From positions 2,633 to 66,632 of the forward strand of contig JBAWCJ010000468.1 of the NCBI GenBank assembly GCA_049590215.1: DNA of 64,000 nt. The letters run 5' to 3'. The DNA comes from Candidatus Sulfotelmatobacter sp. GTDB taxonomy: Bacteria > Acidobacteriota > Terriglobia > Terriglobales > Acidobacteriaceae. The position numbers were made by a program, and so were the translations under genes. Below, in pieces: positions 45,688 to 55,118 of the stretch. The notes beneath the pieces were generated by a model. That model had not been told where the DNA came from, did no database searches, and saw nothing but the letters and a program-made list of their open reading frames with translations. Position 1 is the stretch's first letter; each line of letters opens with the position of its first letter.

Positions 45688-48600
45688 ATGAACAATCCTA
45701 ACGCGAGACCATCGATCGCTTCGAACTCCGAGTCGGGTGGCGTCCTGCTTACAAGTGAAGACGCTTCCCGGGGACTCTCTGCGTCTGCCGTCGTCCATCC
45801 GCCATTGGTTGGGTCAATACCGCTGTCGATCGCGCAGCAGCAGGTTTGGTTACATGGGCAACTTGCCGCTGGCGTTCCACTTTATAACGAGGTCCTGATT
45901 CTTGCACGAGCCGGTCTTCTCGACCAAGAGGCACTCAAGCGAAGCTTCGCAGAAGTCATTCGTCGTCACGAAACGCTGCGCACGACTTTTGCGGTCGAAG
46001 ACGGGAGTCCGGTGCAGGTAATCGCCGAGCACCATGAGATGGATCTGCCAGTCACGGAATTGAGCGGCTTGCCCGGCCAGAACCGCGAGGCCTCGGTCTT
46101 GCGCATCGCGACTGAAGAAGCGCGGCAGCCGTTCGATCTGACGAAGGGCCCGCTGATTCGAGCCCGTCTGCTGCGGTTATCGAAACAGAATCACATTCTC
46201 GTCGTGACGCTGCACACCATCATTGGCGATGAATGGTCGTTGAGTATTCTGGCGGATGAACTGGCCGCGCTCTACGAAGCATATTCGGCTGGCGAACCAT
46301 CCCCTCTGCCCGATTTGCCGATCCAGTATGCGGATTATGCGCATTCGCAAAGAGAATGGTTACAGGGGGATGTTCTCGACCGTCACATCTCTTATTGGGG
46401 GAAGCGACTCGCCGACCTTCCAGTCCTGGAGTTACCAACGGATCGAGTCCGGCCAGCGGTACAGGGATTTCGCGGGGCACGAGAGCCGCTGCAACTCTCA
46501 AGAGATTTGAGCGAATCACTCAAGGATCTAAGCGAACTAGAGGGAGCACCTCTCTTCGTGACGCTCGTGGCCGCATTCCAAACGCTGCTGTCACGTTACA
46601 CAGGACAGCGCGACATCGTGGTTGGTTCGATTGTCCCAGGACGCGAGGAAGTTGATGCGGAAAATCTGATTGGCCTCTTTGCTCACACTGTACTCATGCG
46701 TGCTGAGATCGAGGGGGATGCTACTTTCCGGGAATTGCTGCGGCGTGTGCGGGATCTCTCGCAGCGCGACTGCGAATATCAGAACATGCCCTTCGACGGC
46801 CTGGTCGGCGAACTCCAGTTGGGGCGCGATCTGAGCCGCAACCCGCTTTTTCAAGTGTTGGTTTCCTTAACACCTGCGATGTCCGCCGCTCGAGGCGGTT
46901 GGGAGATCGTGAATCTCGACGTGGATGGCGGTGCGGCGAAGGTTGATTTACAACTCCAACTCTACGACCGGGCGGACGGGATCTTCGCTCGTTTTACTTA
47001 CAACCCAGACATTTTTGACGCCGCCACGATCAGCCGGATGGCTGGTCATTTTCAGATATTGCTGGAAGGCGTTGTAGCCAATCCTGATCAGCGTCTTTCC
47101 AAATTGCCGCTCCTCACCCAGGCGGAGACACATCAACTGCTCGCGGAATGGAATGAGACGCGAACGAGCTATCCCGAGGATTGGCCGCTTCATCATCTGT
47201 TTGAGTCGCAAGTGGAGCGAACTCCTGAGGCGACCGCGGTCGTCTTTGGGAACGAGCGCCTGACCTATCGGGAGCTGAACCGGCGAGCCAATCAATTGGC
47301 ACACCATTTGGTGAGCCTGGGAGTTGGTCCGGATGTGCTGGTCGGTATCCTTGTGGAACGTTCGCTCGAGATGGTCGTGGGGTTGCTCGGAATCCTCAAG
47401 GCTGGCGGCGCCTATGTGCCGCTGGACCCGGCATATCCAAGTGAGCGCATTGCTTTCATGTTAGAGGATTCTGAAGTGGTGGTTTTGCTCACACAGCACC
47501 ACTTGCTTGAGACCATTCCTGATCGCCGCGCCAAAGTCGTTGTCCTGGACGCCGATTGGCATGAAATTGCAAAAAAGGAAGCTAAGAATCCAACCCATAC
47601 GGGCGGACCCGAGAACCTCGCATACGTGATCTACACCTCAGGGTCGACCGGTAAACCTAAGGGAGTCCAAATTCCGCATCGCGCGGTGGTCAACTTTCTT
47701 ACCTCGATGAGTCACACGCCGGGGATGACCGCCGCCGATCGACTGCTCTCTGTCACTACCCTCTCTTTTGATATTGCAGGTCTCGAAATCTATTTGCCTC
47801 TAGTCGTCGGAGCATCGGTTGAGATCGTCAGTCGCGAAGTTTCATCCGACGGATATCAATTGCTTGCAAAGCTTGCCAGCTCAGGCGCCACGGTGATGCA
47901 AGCCACACCCGTCACATGGCGCATGCTGATAGAAGCGGGCTGGAAGGGCACTCCGAATCTGAAGATGTTGTGCGGTGGCGAAGCTGTTTCCCGCAAGCTT
48001 TCCACTCAATTACTGCACAGCGGCGGCTCCTTATGGAACATGTACGGTCCAACTGAGACCACCATCTGGTCGACGTGCTCCAGGATCGCGCCCGAACATG
48101 AACCGATCGTCATCGGCCGGCCAATTGCGAATACAGACATTTTTATACTGGACGACCTCCTCCAGCCAGTGCCGATCGGTGTCGCCGGCGAATTGCACAT
48201 CGGTGGTGACGGCTTGGCGCGAGGATACTTCAAGCGGCCCGAGCTGACGGCGGAAAAGTTTATTGCCAGTCCATTCGCACAAGACCCAACTGCGCGCCTC
48301 TATAAAACCGGGGATCTGGCGCGCTATCGTCCGAACGGAGACATTGAATGTCTGGGACGGATCGATCATCAGGTGAAGCTTCGCGGATTCCGCATCGAAT
48401 TGGGCGACATTGAATCGGCACTGAGACAACATCGCGGCGTAAACGACACCGTTGTTGTCGCTCGCGAGGACACGCCCGGCGACAAACGCCTGGTGGCATA
48501 TTTTGTCCCCTCGCAGGAAGCACCGCCAACGGTTGGTGAGCTGCGAGATTTCCTGAAAGAAAAGCTGCCGGAGTACATGGTGCCCTCGGCGTTTGTGGCA

Positions 48601-49743
48601 CTCGAAGCGATGCCGCTCACGCCGAACGGAAAAGTCAACCGTCGGGCGCTTCCAGCCCCGGAGCAGACAAGCCTGGCGCCATCTGAGAGTTTTGCCTCGC
48701 CAAGAAATGGTCTCGAGTTCCAGTTGGTAACGATCTGGGAGAACGTGCTTGAGGTTCGGCCGATCGGTATCCGGCATAGTTTCTTTGAGCTGGGTGGAAA
48801 TTCACTGGTTGCGGTTCGGCTCATGCAGCGCATCGAGCAGACATTTGGAAAGCACTTGTCCATGGCCACATTGTTCCAGGCTCCAACCATCGAACAATTG
48901 TCTGTGATTCTTCGCCAGGAAGGGTGGGCGCCGGCATGGTCCTCGGTAGTGGCAATTCAAACCGGCGGATCAAAGCCGCCTTTCTTCTGTGTCCATGGAG
49001 TCGGAGGTAATGTCCTGCGTTTCTACGCCCTCGCGCAACACCTCGGATCGGATCAACCTTTTTACGCGCTGCAAGCGCAAGGGCTGAATGCGGATTATCC
49101 ATGTCACACACGAGCGGAGGACATGGCGGCCCATTACGTCAAGGAAATGCGCACCGTTCAGCCGGAAGGGCCTTATTTTCTGGGAGGCTACTCTTTCGGC
49201 GGCATGGTTGCTCTTGAGATGGCTCAGCAACTCATCGCACAAGGCGAGGAGCCGCCCGTAGTAGTGCTGTTCGACACATTGTGCGCCGCTGCACGGGAGA
49301 CTTCGTTTTCCCACAAGCTGACTTCATTCTCGTCGCCGCTCCTCAATATTCTGCGAATGTCAGGAACGGAAAGGCGGGCTTATGTTTCGCGAGTTGCCAC
49401 GGCTCCGCTGCGAGCAATCCAATGGGGACTGCACGTCGCGAAACTGCCACGCAAGGTCAGGAAGATCCGAAACGCCTGCCTAGAAGCTGCAAGATATTAC
49501 GTGCCGCAAGCTTACCCTGGGCGGGTCATTCTGTTTCGGTCGAGTCGCGAGCCTCTCGGGGGACTTGGTGATCCGTACGCCGGATGGAGCGAATACCTTA
49601 CGAACGGACTCGAGGTCCGTGAAGTGAAAAGCAGTCACGACAACATTCTTCTCGAGCCGCAAGTTCAACTTGTAGCCGAGCAACTAAGAACTTGTCTGGA
49701 CGAGGCACAGCGAAGCTGCCAATTCAAGGGGATGATCCAGTGA
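45688..49743 (+). CDS. single-module NRPS, C-A-T-TE (module 2; glycine-type A domain, degenerate C motif)
   Basis: C motif HTIIGDE (46213..46233). A-domain motifs LKAGGAYVPLDP, YTSGSTGKPKG, NMYGPTETT, GDLAR, GKVNRRAL. T-domain motif FFELGGNSL. TE motif GGYSFGG (Ser codon at 49192..49194). Confidence 0.9.
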   Translation: MNNPNARPSIASNSESGGVLLTSEDASRGLSASAVVHPPLVGSIPLSIAQQQVWLHGQLAAGVPLYNEVLILARAGLLDQEALKRSFAEVIRRHETLRTTFAVEDGSPVQVIAEHHEMDLPVTELSGLPGQNREASVLRIATEEARQPFDLTKGPLIRARLLRLSKQNHILVVTLHTIIGDEWSLSILADELAALYEAYSAGEPSPLPDLPIQYADYAHSQREWLQGDVLDRHISYWGKRLADLPVLELPTDRVRPAVQGFRGAREPLQLSRDLSESLKDLSELEGAPLFVTLVAAFQTLLSRYTGQRDIVVGSIVPGREEVDAENLIGLFAHTVLMRAEIEGDATFRELLRRVRDLSQRDCEYQNMPFDGLVGELQLGRDLSRNPLFQVLVSLTPAMSAARGGWEIVNLDVDGGAAKVDLQLQLYDRADGIFARFTYNPDIFDAATISRMAGHFQILLEGVVANPDQRLSKLPLLTQAETHQLLAEWNETRTSYPEDWPLHHLFESQVERTPEATAVVFGNERLTYRELNRRANQLAHHLVSLGVGPDVLVGILVERSLEMVVGLLGILKAGGAYVPLDPAYPSERIAFMLEDSEVVVLLTQHHLLETIPDRRAKVVVLDADWHEIAKKEAKNPTHTGGPENLAYVIYTSGSTGKPKGVQIPHRAVVNFLTSMSHTPGMTAADRLLSVTTLSFDIAGLEIYLPLVVGASVEIVSREVSSDGYQLLAKLASSGATVMQATPVTWRMLIEAGWKGTPNLKMLCGGEAVSRKLSTQLLHSGGSLWNMYGPTETTIWSTCSRIAPEHEPIVIGRPIANTDIFILDDLLQPVPIGVAGELHIGGDGLARGYFKRPELTAEKFIASPFAQDPTARLYKTGDLARYRPNGDIECLGRIDHQVKLRGFRIELGDIESALRQHRGVNDTVVVAREDTPGDKRLVAYFVPSQEAPPTVGELRDFLKEKLPEYMVPSAFVALEAMPLTPNGKVNRRALPAPEQTSLAPSESFASPRNGLEFQLVTIWENVLEVRPIGIRHSFFELGGNSLVAVRLMQRIEQTFGKHLSMATLFQAPTIEQLSVILRQEGWAPAWSSVVAIQTGGSKPPFFCVHGVGGNVLRFYALAQHLGSDQPFYALQAQGLNADYPCHTRAEDMAAHYVKEMRTVQPEGPYFLGGYSFGGMVALEMAQQLIAQGEEPPVVVLFDTLCAAARETSFSHKLTSFSSPLLNILRMSGTERRAYVSRVATAPLRAIQWGLHVAKLPRKVRKIRNACLEAARYYVPQAYPGRVILFRSSREPLGGLGDPYAGWSEYLTNGLEVREVKSSHDNILLEPQVQLVAEQLRTCLDEAQRSCQFKGMIQ

Positions 49744-51137
49744 ACGGATTAGGACTTCAGGAACCCGCACCACTCGTCAAGCCTGCATCAGGAGAGGGCG
49801 CTGTCGGCCGTTTTCCTCTGAAGAGGATCTTGTCAATCGATCGCGCGGGCACAGTGCGGAAGCTGGTTCCATGGGTGATGAAGGGGGGGCTGGCCATCCT
49901 GGACCAGGGACTCTTCGCGGGATCTAATTTTGTGATTAGCATTCTGCTGGCTCGGTGGTTGACGCCCGAGCAATATGGGAGCTATGCGGTCGCCTTTTCA
50001 GTCTTCGTGTTCATGCTTATGTTCCACCAAGCATTACTGCTGGAGCCCATGCTGGTATTCGGCAGTTCGGCCTATCGTCATTGTCTCCGTGGTTACCTGA
50101 AAGCCTTGCTTTTGATTCATCTGGGCATGAGCTTGGCGATTGTTTTGGTACTAGGCATCGCAGCCGGCGTTGCGTTTGAGCTCGGGGAAACGAGCGGCTT
50201 GCCCGGCGCGCTCCTCGGTGTCGCTTTCGCAGCGCCGTCGATCTTGATGCTCTGGATAATCAGGCGAATCTTCTATGTGAAGCTTTCCCCTGCGCCTTCC
50301 GCTGGTGCGTCGCTTCTGTACTGCACTCTGATAATGGGAGGACTGGTGCTACTCTATCGCCATCATTACCTTTCACCTTTGTCCTCATTCCTGCTCATGG
50401 GAGTCGGGAGCTTGGTGACCAGTGCCGTGCTGCTCACTTATCTCGGATGGCGGCTTTCCTCAAGCCAGGATGCGCCCAGGCTACTGGACATTTGGCGCCG
50501 GCATTGGCGCTATGGACGGTGGGCTATAGGGGCCAATGTCATGATGTGGGTTCCGCTCAACGTCTTCTATCCGCTGCTCAGTAGTTTGTCCGGCCTGGCA
50601 GCAGCGGGTGAACTGAAGGCCTTGATGAATTTTGCTTCGCCCATGTATCAAACCAGTGCGGCACTTAGCCCACTCATGCTTCCTCATGCGGCTCGAGTGC
50701 TGGAGAAAAGATCACATCATGGCGCTAGCTCCGTTCTGTGGCAGCAGACCTTGTTGAGCGTTTCTTATTCAGTCCCGTACTGGGTTGTGCTTCTTCTGTT
50801 TCAGATGCCCATCTTTCGAATGATTTACTCTGGCCGATACACGCAAGTGGTCTACTTGATGCCCATCATTGCGTTGGCATGTGTGTTCGGCAGCGCGTTT
50901 TTCGGCCCGGCAAACGTGTTGCGCGTCATGGAGTCTCCGCGTTTGGTTTTCGCCGCCGTTTCCATTTCGAGCTGTGTCGCCGTCGCAATCGGCATTCCGA
51001 TCACTTGGGCCTGGGGAGTTAAAGGGGCAGCCTGGAGCATGGCTTTGTCGGAAGTACTGGCTTTTGTGGCGGCTGTCGTCCTGCTTCGCCGCAAAGCCCG
51101 TAAGTTATCCGAGGCGGCGTTAAGTGCAACCGCGTAG
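49740..51137 (+). CDS. Wzx-like oligosaccharide flippase (MOP superfamily)
   Basis: About 12 predicted TM segments. N-terminal ILDQGLFAGSNFVISILLARWLTPEQYGSYAV is typical of polysaccharide flippases. A possible GTG start at 49740 overlaps the NRPS-2 stop (GTGA). The start is uncertain. Confidence 0.7.
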   Translation: MNGLGLQEPAPLVKPASGEGAVGRFPLKRILSIDRAGTVRKLVPWVMKGGLAILDQGLFAGSNFVISILLARWLTPEQYGSYAVAFSVFVFMLMFHQALLLEPMLVFGSSAYRHCLRGYLKALLLIHLGMSLAIVLVLGIAAGVAFELGETSGLPGALLGVAFAAPSILMLWIIRRIFYVKLSPAPSAGASLLYCTLIMGGLVLLYRHHYLSPLSSFLLMGVGSLVTSAVLLTYLGWRLSSSQDAPRLLDIWRRHWRYGRWAIGANVMMWVPLNVFYPLLSSLSGLAAAGELKALMNFASPMYQTSAALSPLMLPHAARVLEKRSHHGASSVLWQQTLLSVSYSVPYWVVLLLFQMPIFRMIYSGRYTQVVYLMPIIALACVFGSAFFGPANVLRVMESPRLVFAAVSISSCVAVAIGIPITWAWGVKGAAWSMALSEVLAFVAAVVLLRRKARKLSEAALSATA

Positions 51138-51246
51138 TGTATTCCCAAGCGAAGTGGACAACCAAAGTGAATGAGGCTTGGGTCCTCCGCCGGGCAGGCG
51201 GTAGGCGAGTTGTTCAGCGATAAACACAATCAAACATTCCATCAAA

Positions 51247-52797
51247 ATGTCCGACATAGTGACCAATTCGAGCGCCGCCCTCAAACCGAACCCTCGCCCC
51301 GCGAGAATCGATCTACGTTCGGTCGCTTGGTTTACGCTCTTTTTATTAGTAGGTGGCTTGGCGGTCCTTCATCCCCTCATTGTGCTGGGCTGCCTTGGGG
51401 TTGTAGCCGTGTTGGGCCTCTGCCGGCTATTAGTCACTTATGTGCAGCGCGCGCACCTGGAATTCTGGCAGGTTCTCACTCTGGTTGCCCTGACGGGTTA
51501 CACGTTGTTGACTCGTGGATTCGAGAATCTGACTGTTCACGTCGGCGGGTTCCCGATCATCGTCGGTTATGTACTAATCTACGCCTCCCTCGGTTTGGCG
51601 GTTTTTTCCCGGCGGCAATTGGTAGCAAGCGCTCTGAAAGAACCTTCCGTGCTGTGCATGCTGGCCTTGCTTGTCTTCGCTCTGCTCCACCTCGCCGTGG
51701 ACGTTCCTTCGTACGGGATTTGGGCCCTTCGCGACAGCACGATGTGTCTCGACGGTATGTTCATGCTTCTAGGGATGGCCTGGGCCATGAAGAGCAACAA
51801 CATCGCTTTCCTGGCGCGATGGCTGCTCGGCCTCTACGTTTTGAACATGCTGTACGTCTACACGATGCCCTGGGGCGAGAGGCTGTGGTCCTGGTCTCCT
51901 GCAAGCGGCGTTTTTCTCAGGGTGCCGATACTGGGAGATTTCAGTGGCGCGGGCGACATATTAGTGGACGGCGCCATGTTTTGCCTCTGCGTCGGTTGCT
52001 ACCTGATCAGCCGTCCGAGTTGGTTGATGCCCCTGCTGGCGATGGGGCAATTCCTGGGAGTTGCGATCACCCAGGGCAGGCGGCAGTACATAGGAACTGT
52101 GATCGTTCTTGTTATCCTTGGCCTCTTAGGCGAAGGCAAGAGATTTGCGAAACTCCTCGTCCTGATCCCCGCAGCCGTAATCGTGATCTTCCTGGCGACC
52201 AGTATCGGAGGCCTTAAGATAGCGGGCCGAATTGGCGAGGTAAACCTGAACTTTTTCGAAGCCCATCTTCGAAGCGTTGAGACCTCTGAGGGAACGCCGG
52301 GAAGCTCTGTTGAGAGTCGCTTCGACATGGCCGACCAGGCCTTCCGGCATTTCTTCGCGCACCCGGTGGTCGGTGAAGGGTTCGGTCGACCGCTGCTCAC
52401 GGATATTGACGAGACCAATGGCGCGGTTACTCGAATTCCGCATAACTCAAGTTTGACCTACCTGGCCAGGCTGGGGGTGGTCGGATTCGTTCTTTGGATT
52501 GCCTTTCATTTCCTCTTGATAAAAAGATTCGTCACCGTGCTTCGCCACAGAAGTTCCAGCGACGACAAGCTGGTATCCGCCTTCGTGTTATGGCTCTTTC
52601 TGTTTTACGTGCTCTTTGTGAATGTAAGTTTGGTGGAGGGCCCTTTCGAGTTCCCCTCAGGCGCTGTCCCGTTCTATTTCTTCATGGGTCTCGCTCTTGG
52701 ATTGATGCGTTGGCAGTTGTCCGACAGGAACAAACGTCAAAACCAAGCATCTGCGTTGGCCAATAGCGCAAGCATTCGAGCAGGCGAGTTCGCGTGA
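51247..52797 (+). CDS. O-antigen ligase/polymerase family (Wzy_C) membrane protein
   Basis: Polytopic membrane protein with a Wzy_C-like loop: RIPHNSSLTYLARLGVVGFVLW. Confidence 0.75.
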   Translation: MSDIVTNSSAALKPNPRPARIDLRSVAWFTLFLLVGGLAVLHPLIVLGCLGVVAVLGLCRLLVTYVQRAHLEFWQVLTLVALTGYTLLTRGFENLTVHVGGFPIIVGYVLIYASLGLAVFSRRQLVASALKEPSVLCMLALLVFALLHLAVDVPSYGIWALRDSTMCLDGMFMLLGMAWAMKSNNIAFLARWLLGLYVLNMLYVYTMPWGERLWSWSPASGVFLRVPILGDFSGAGDILVDGAMFCLCVGCYLISRPSWLMPLLAMGQFLGVAITQGRRQYIGTVIVLVILGLLGEGKRFAKLLVLIPAAVIVIFLATSIGGLKIAGRIGEVNLNFFEAHLRSVETSEGTPGSSVESRFDMADQAFRHFFAHPVVGEGFGRPLLTDIDETNGAVTRIPHNSSLTYLARLGVVGFVLWIAFHFLLIKRFVTVLRHRSSSDDKLVSAFVLWLFLFYVLFVNVSLVEGPFEFPSGAVPFYFFMGLALGLMRWQLSDRNKRQNQASALANSASIRAGEFA

Positions 52798-52822
52798 ACT
52801 AAGCTTGAGCGCACTCCTAAAC

Positions 52823-53590
52823 ATGGAAATACCAAGAATTGTTACTACGAGTTGGGACGATGGCGATCGCGCCGATCTCAGACTTGCTGAGATGCTCCGG
52901 CTTCGGAAGATCCGAGGGACGTTCTACGTTCCGAACACTCCCTATGCGGGACGCCCCGCGCTTAGTCATGCCGACTTGAGGACCTTGTCGTCCGAAGGTT
53001 TTGAAATCGGAGCTCACAGTGTTTCCCACAAACTTCTCTGGGGGCTAACGGCCGAGGAATTAGCCAAGGAAGTGAGCCCCTGTAAGCCGATGCTGGAAGA
53101 CATCCTCGGAACCGAAGTCCGGATGTTCTGTTATCCCTGCGGCCGGTACGACTCGAACGTTATCCGCGCGCTGGAAGCGGCCGGTTATTGGGGAGCACGA
53201 ACCGTACGCATGCTTTCCACGCGGTTGGAGTTCAAACCATTCGAGATGCCGACGACTCTGCAGATAATCCCGCAGCGGAAGTCCAGCTATATCAGGAATC
53301 TGGCAAGAGCGCGAAAAATGGAAGGCCTGCAGGTTTTTCTGGCCCACATGACCAGTCTGGACAATTGGCTCGAACTTGGTAAAAGGCTTTTCGATTCCGT
53401 ATTAGAAAACGGTGGCATGTGGCACCTGTACGGCCATTCGCACGAGATCGAGAAACTGGGTCTCTGGGAAGATCTGGCGGAAATGCTGGACTATGTGGCC
53501 AAGCGGAAAGGCGTGATGTACGTTCCGAATTGCGAGTTGATCCGGCTTCAATCGCCGGAAGGCAGCTACGACGGGAACGGCAAACTGTGA
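52823..53590 (+). CDS. polysaccharide deacetylase (NodB homology, CE4)
   Basis: TSWDDGDRADL (Asp-Asp motif), GAHSVSH (His motif), FCYPCGRY. The start is 52805 (TTG) or 52823 (ATG). Confidence 0.8.
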   Translation: MEIPRIVTTSWDDGDRADLRLAEMLRLRKIRGTFYVPNTPYAGRPALSHADLRTLSSEGFEIGAHSVSHKLLWGLTAEELAKEVSPCKPMLEDILGTEVRMFCYPCGRYDSNVIRALEAAGYWGARTVRMLSTRLEFKPFEMPTTLQIIPQRKSSYIRNLARARKMEGLQVFLAHMTSLDNWLELGKRLFDSVLENGGMWHLYGHSHEIEKLGLWEDLAEMLDYVAKRKGVMYVPNCELIRLQSPEGSYDGNGKL

Positions 53591-54807
53591 AGGTAATTCT
53601 CGTTCACTGTCATTACCAGCAACCGGGAGGCGAAGACGTTGTCTTCGAGCAGGAGCGCCAACTCCTGGAACGCGCTGGGCACCAGGTCGTGATCTACCGT
53701 CGAAGCAATTTTGAGGTGGACTCCTACCCCGGAATCAAGCGGCTGGTGCTGATACAGAAAGCGGTCTGGAACAATGACTCGCGAACGGAATTTGCCAAAC
53801 TGCTGCGCGCCGAGAGGCCAGATGTCGTGCACGTACATAACACCTGGATCATGATTTCGCCGTCTATTTATTCGGCGTGCCGTGAAGCAGGTGTGCCGGT
53901 GGTGCAAACGCTTCATAATTACAGGCTGCTGTGTCCGGTCGGAACCTTTTTTCGGGATGGCAAAATCTGTGAAGAATGCCTGGACCATACTTTGTGGCGA
54001 AGCGTCCGCAACAGATGTTATCGCGATTCGCGCGCCGAAACTGCGGCTGTGGGCTTGATGCTGGCAGTGCATCGCACTCGTCACACCTGGGAGCGGGAGG
54101 TGGAGTCCTATGTCGTCCTCACGGAGTTTGCCAGGAAGAAGTTTCTGCAGGGCGGACTGCCCGCGGACAAGATATTTGTCAAACCTAATTTCGTGGATCC
54201 TGACCCGGGGGCGCGGGCTGGTGATGGAAGCTACGCAATATTTGCAGGTCGGCTCTCGCCCGAGAAGCGCGTCAGCACGATGCTATCCGGGTGGATCCGC
54301 CTTCGCAGCCGCGTCCCTCTCGTAGTCGTCGGCGGAGGGCCCCAACGCGATGAGTTGGAAGCAGAGGCGGTCAGGGCGAACATCAGCTCAGTCGTTTTCA
54401 AGGGCAAGTTGCCACACGACCAAACACTGGCGGCCATCAAGGGAGCACGCTTTCTGATTTTTTCTAGCGAGTGGTATGAGACCTTCGGACTCACCATGAT
54501 TGAAGCATTTGCCTGCGGTGTTCCGGTCATCTGCTCCCGGCTGGGAGCAATGCAGGAGATCGTGGACGAGGGTCGCACCGGCTTGCACTTTACGCCCGGC
54601 GACAGCGAGGATCTAGCCGAGAAAGTTGAGTGGGCCTGGAACCACCCGGAGCGTATGCGCCAAATGGGAGAGGAAGCCCGGCGCGAATACGAAAACAAAT
54701 ACACTGCTGAGAAAAATTACCCTCGTTTGATGCAAATCTACTACGATGCGATTGCGGGACATGACTTAGAATCGCCGGAGCTTGGTTGCAATCGTGTACC
54801 TGAATAA
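53587..54807 (+). CDS. glycosyltransferase family 4
   Basis: The GTG start overlaps the deacetylase stop (GTGA). VILVHCHYQQPGGEDVV N-terminal domain. EX7E region SEWYETFGLTMIEAFACGVPVI. Confidence 0.85.
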   Translation: MKVILVHCHYQQPGGEDVVFEQERQLLERAGHQVVIYRRSNFEVDSYPGIKRLVLIQKAVWNNDSRTEFAKLLRAERPDVVHVHNTWIMISPSIYSACREAGVPVVQTLHNYRLLCPVGTFFRDGKICEECLDHTLWRSVRNRCYRDSRAETAAVGLMLAVHRTRHTWEREVESYVVLTEFARKKFLQGGLPADKIFVKPNFVDPDPGARAGDGSYAIFAGRLSPEKRVSTMLSGWIRLRSRVPLVVVGGGPQRDELEAEAVRANISSVVFKGKLPHDQTLAAIKGARFLIFSSEWYETFGLTMIEAFACGVPVICSRLGAMQEIVDEGRTGLHFTPGDSEDLAEKVEWAWNHPERMRQMGEEARREYENKYTAEKNYPRLMQIYYDAIAGHDLESPELGCNRVPE

Positions 54808-55118
54808 CTGCTGAGACTAACGTCGGAACTTTGACCGAATAATACTCCTGACCTGAAACGCTACATCGGGCCAGGCGTCCTGTTGCTGGCCAAGACCGGA
54901 GAATTTACCCGCATGAGCGCCCCCTCACCCTCGGCATCCTGCGCGAACTCGAACAAGAACGCGACGCGCGATTGCCCTCGAGCGGCGAGAGTGCCACTTC
55001 CTGTCGCTGCACGAAAGACGCACCGTGCGCCATCCCTTTGCGCGAAGGCCCCAGACGGAAACTTCTACCTGGCCACGAGTGAAGCGGAGACGAGTCGAAG
55101 ACCATTGATCGAAGCGCT

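Noticed and set aside
40000-53600. Apparent lower GC in the sulfotransferase/NRPS/flippase block, suggesting horizontal acquisition.
   Set aside because: Hand counts of a few 60-nt lines gave 48-55% here, but 45-60% in other EPS genes and 58-70% in the first 15 kb. That is too noisy to call without a proper sliding-window GC and codon-usage computation.
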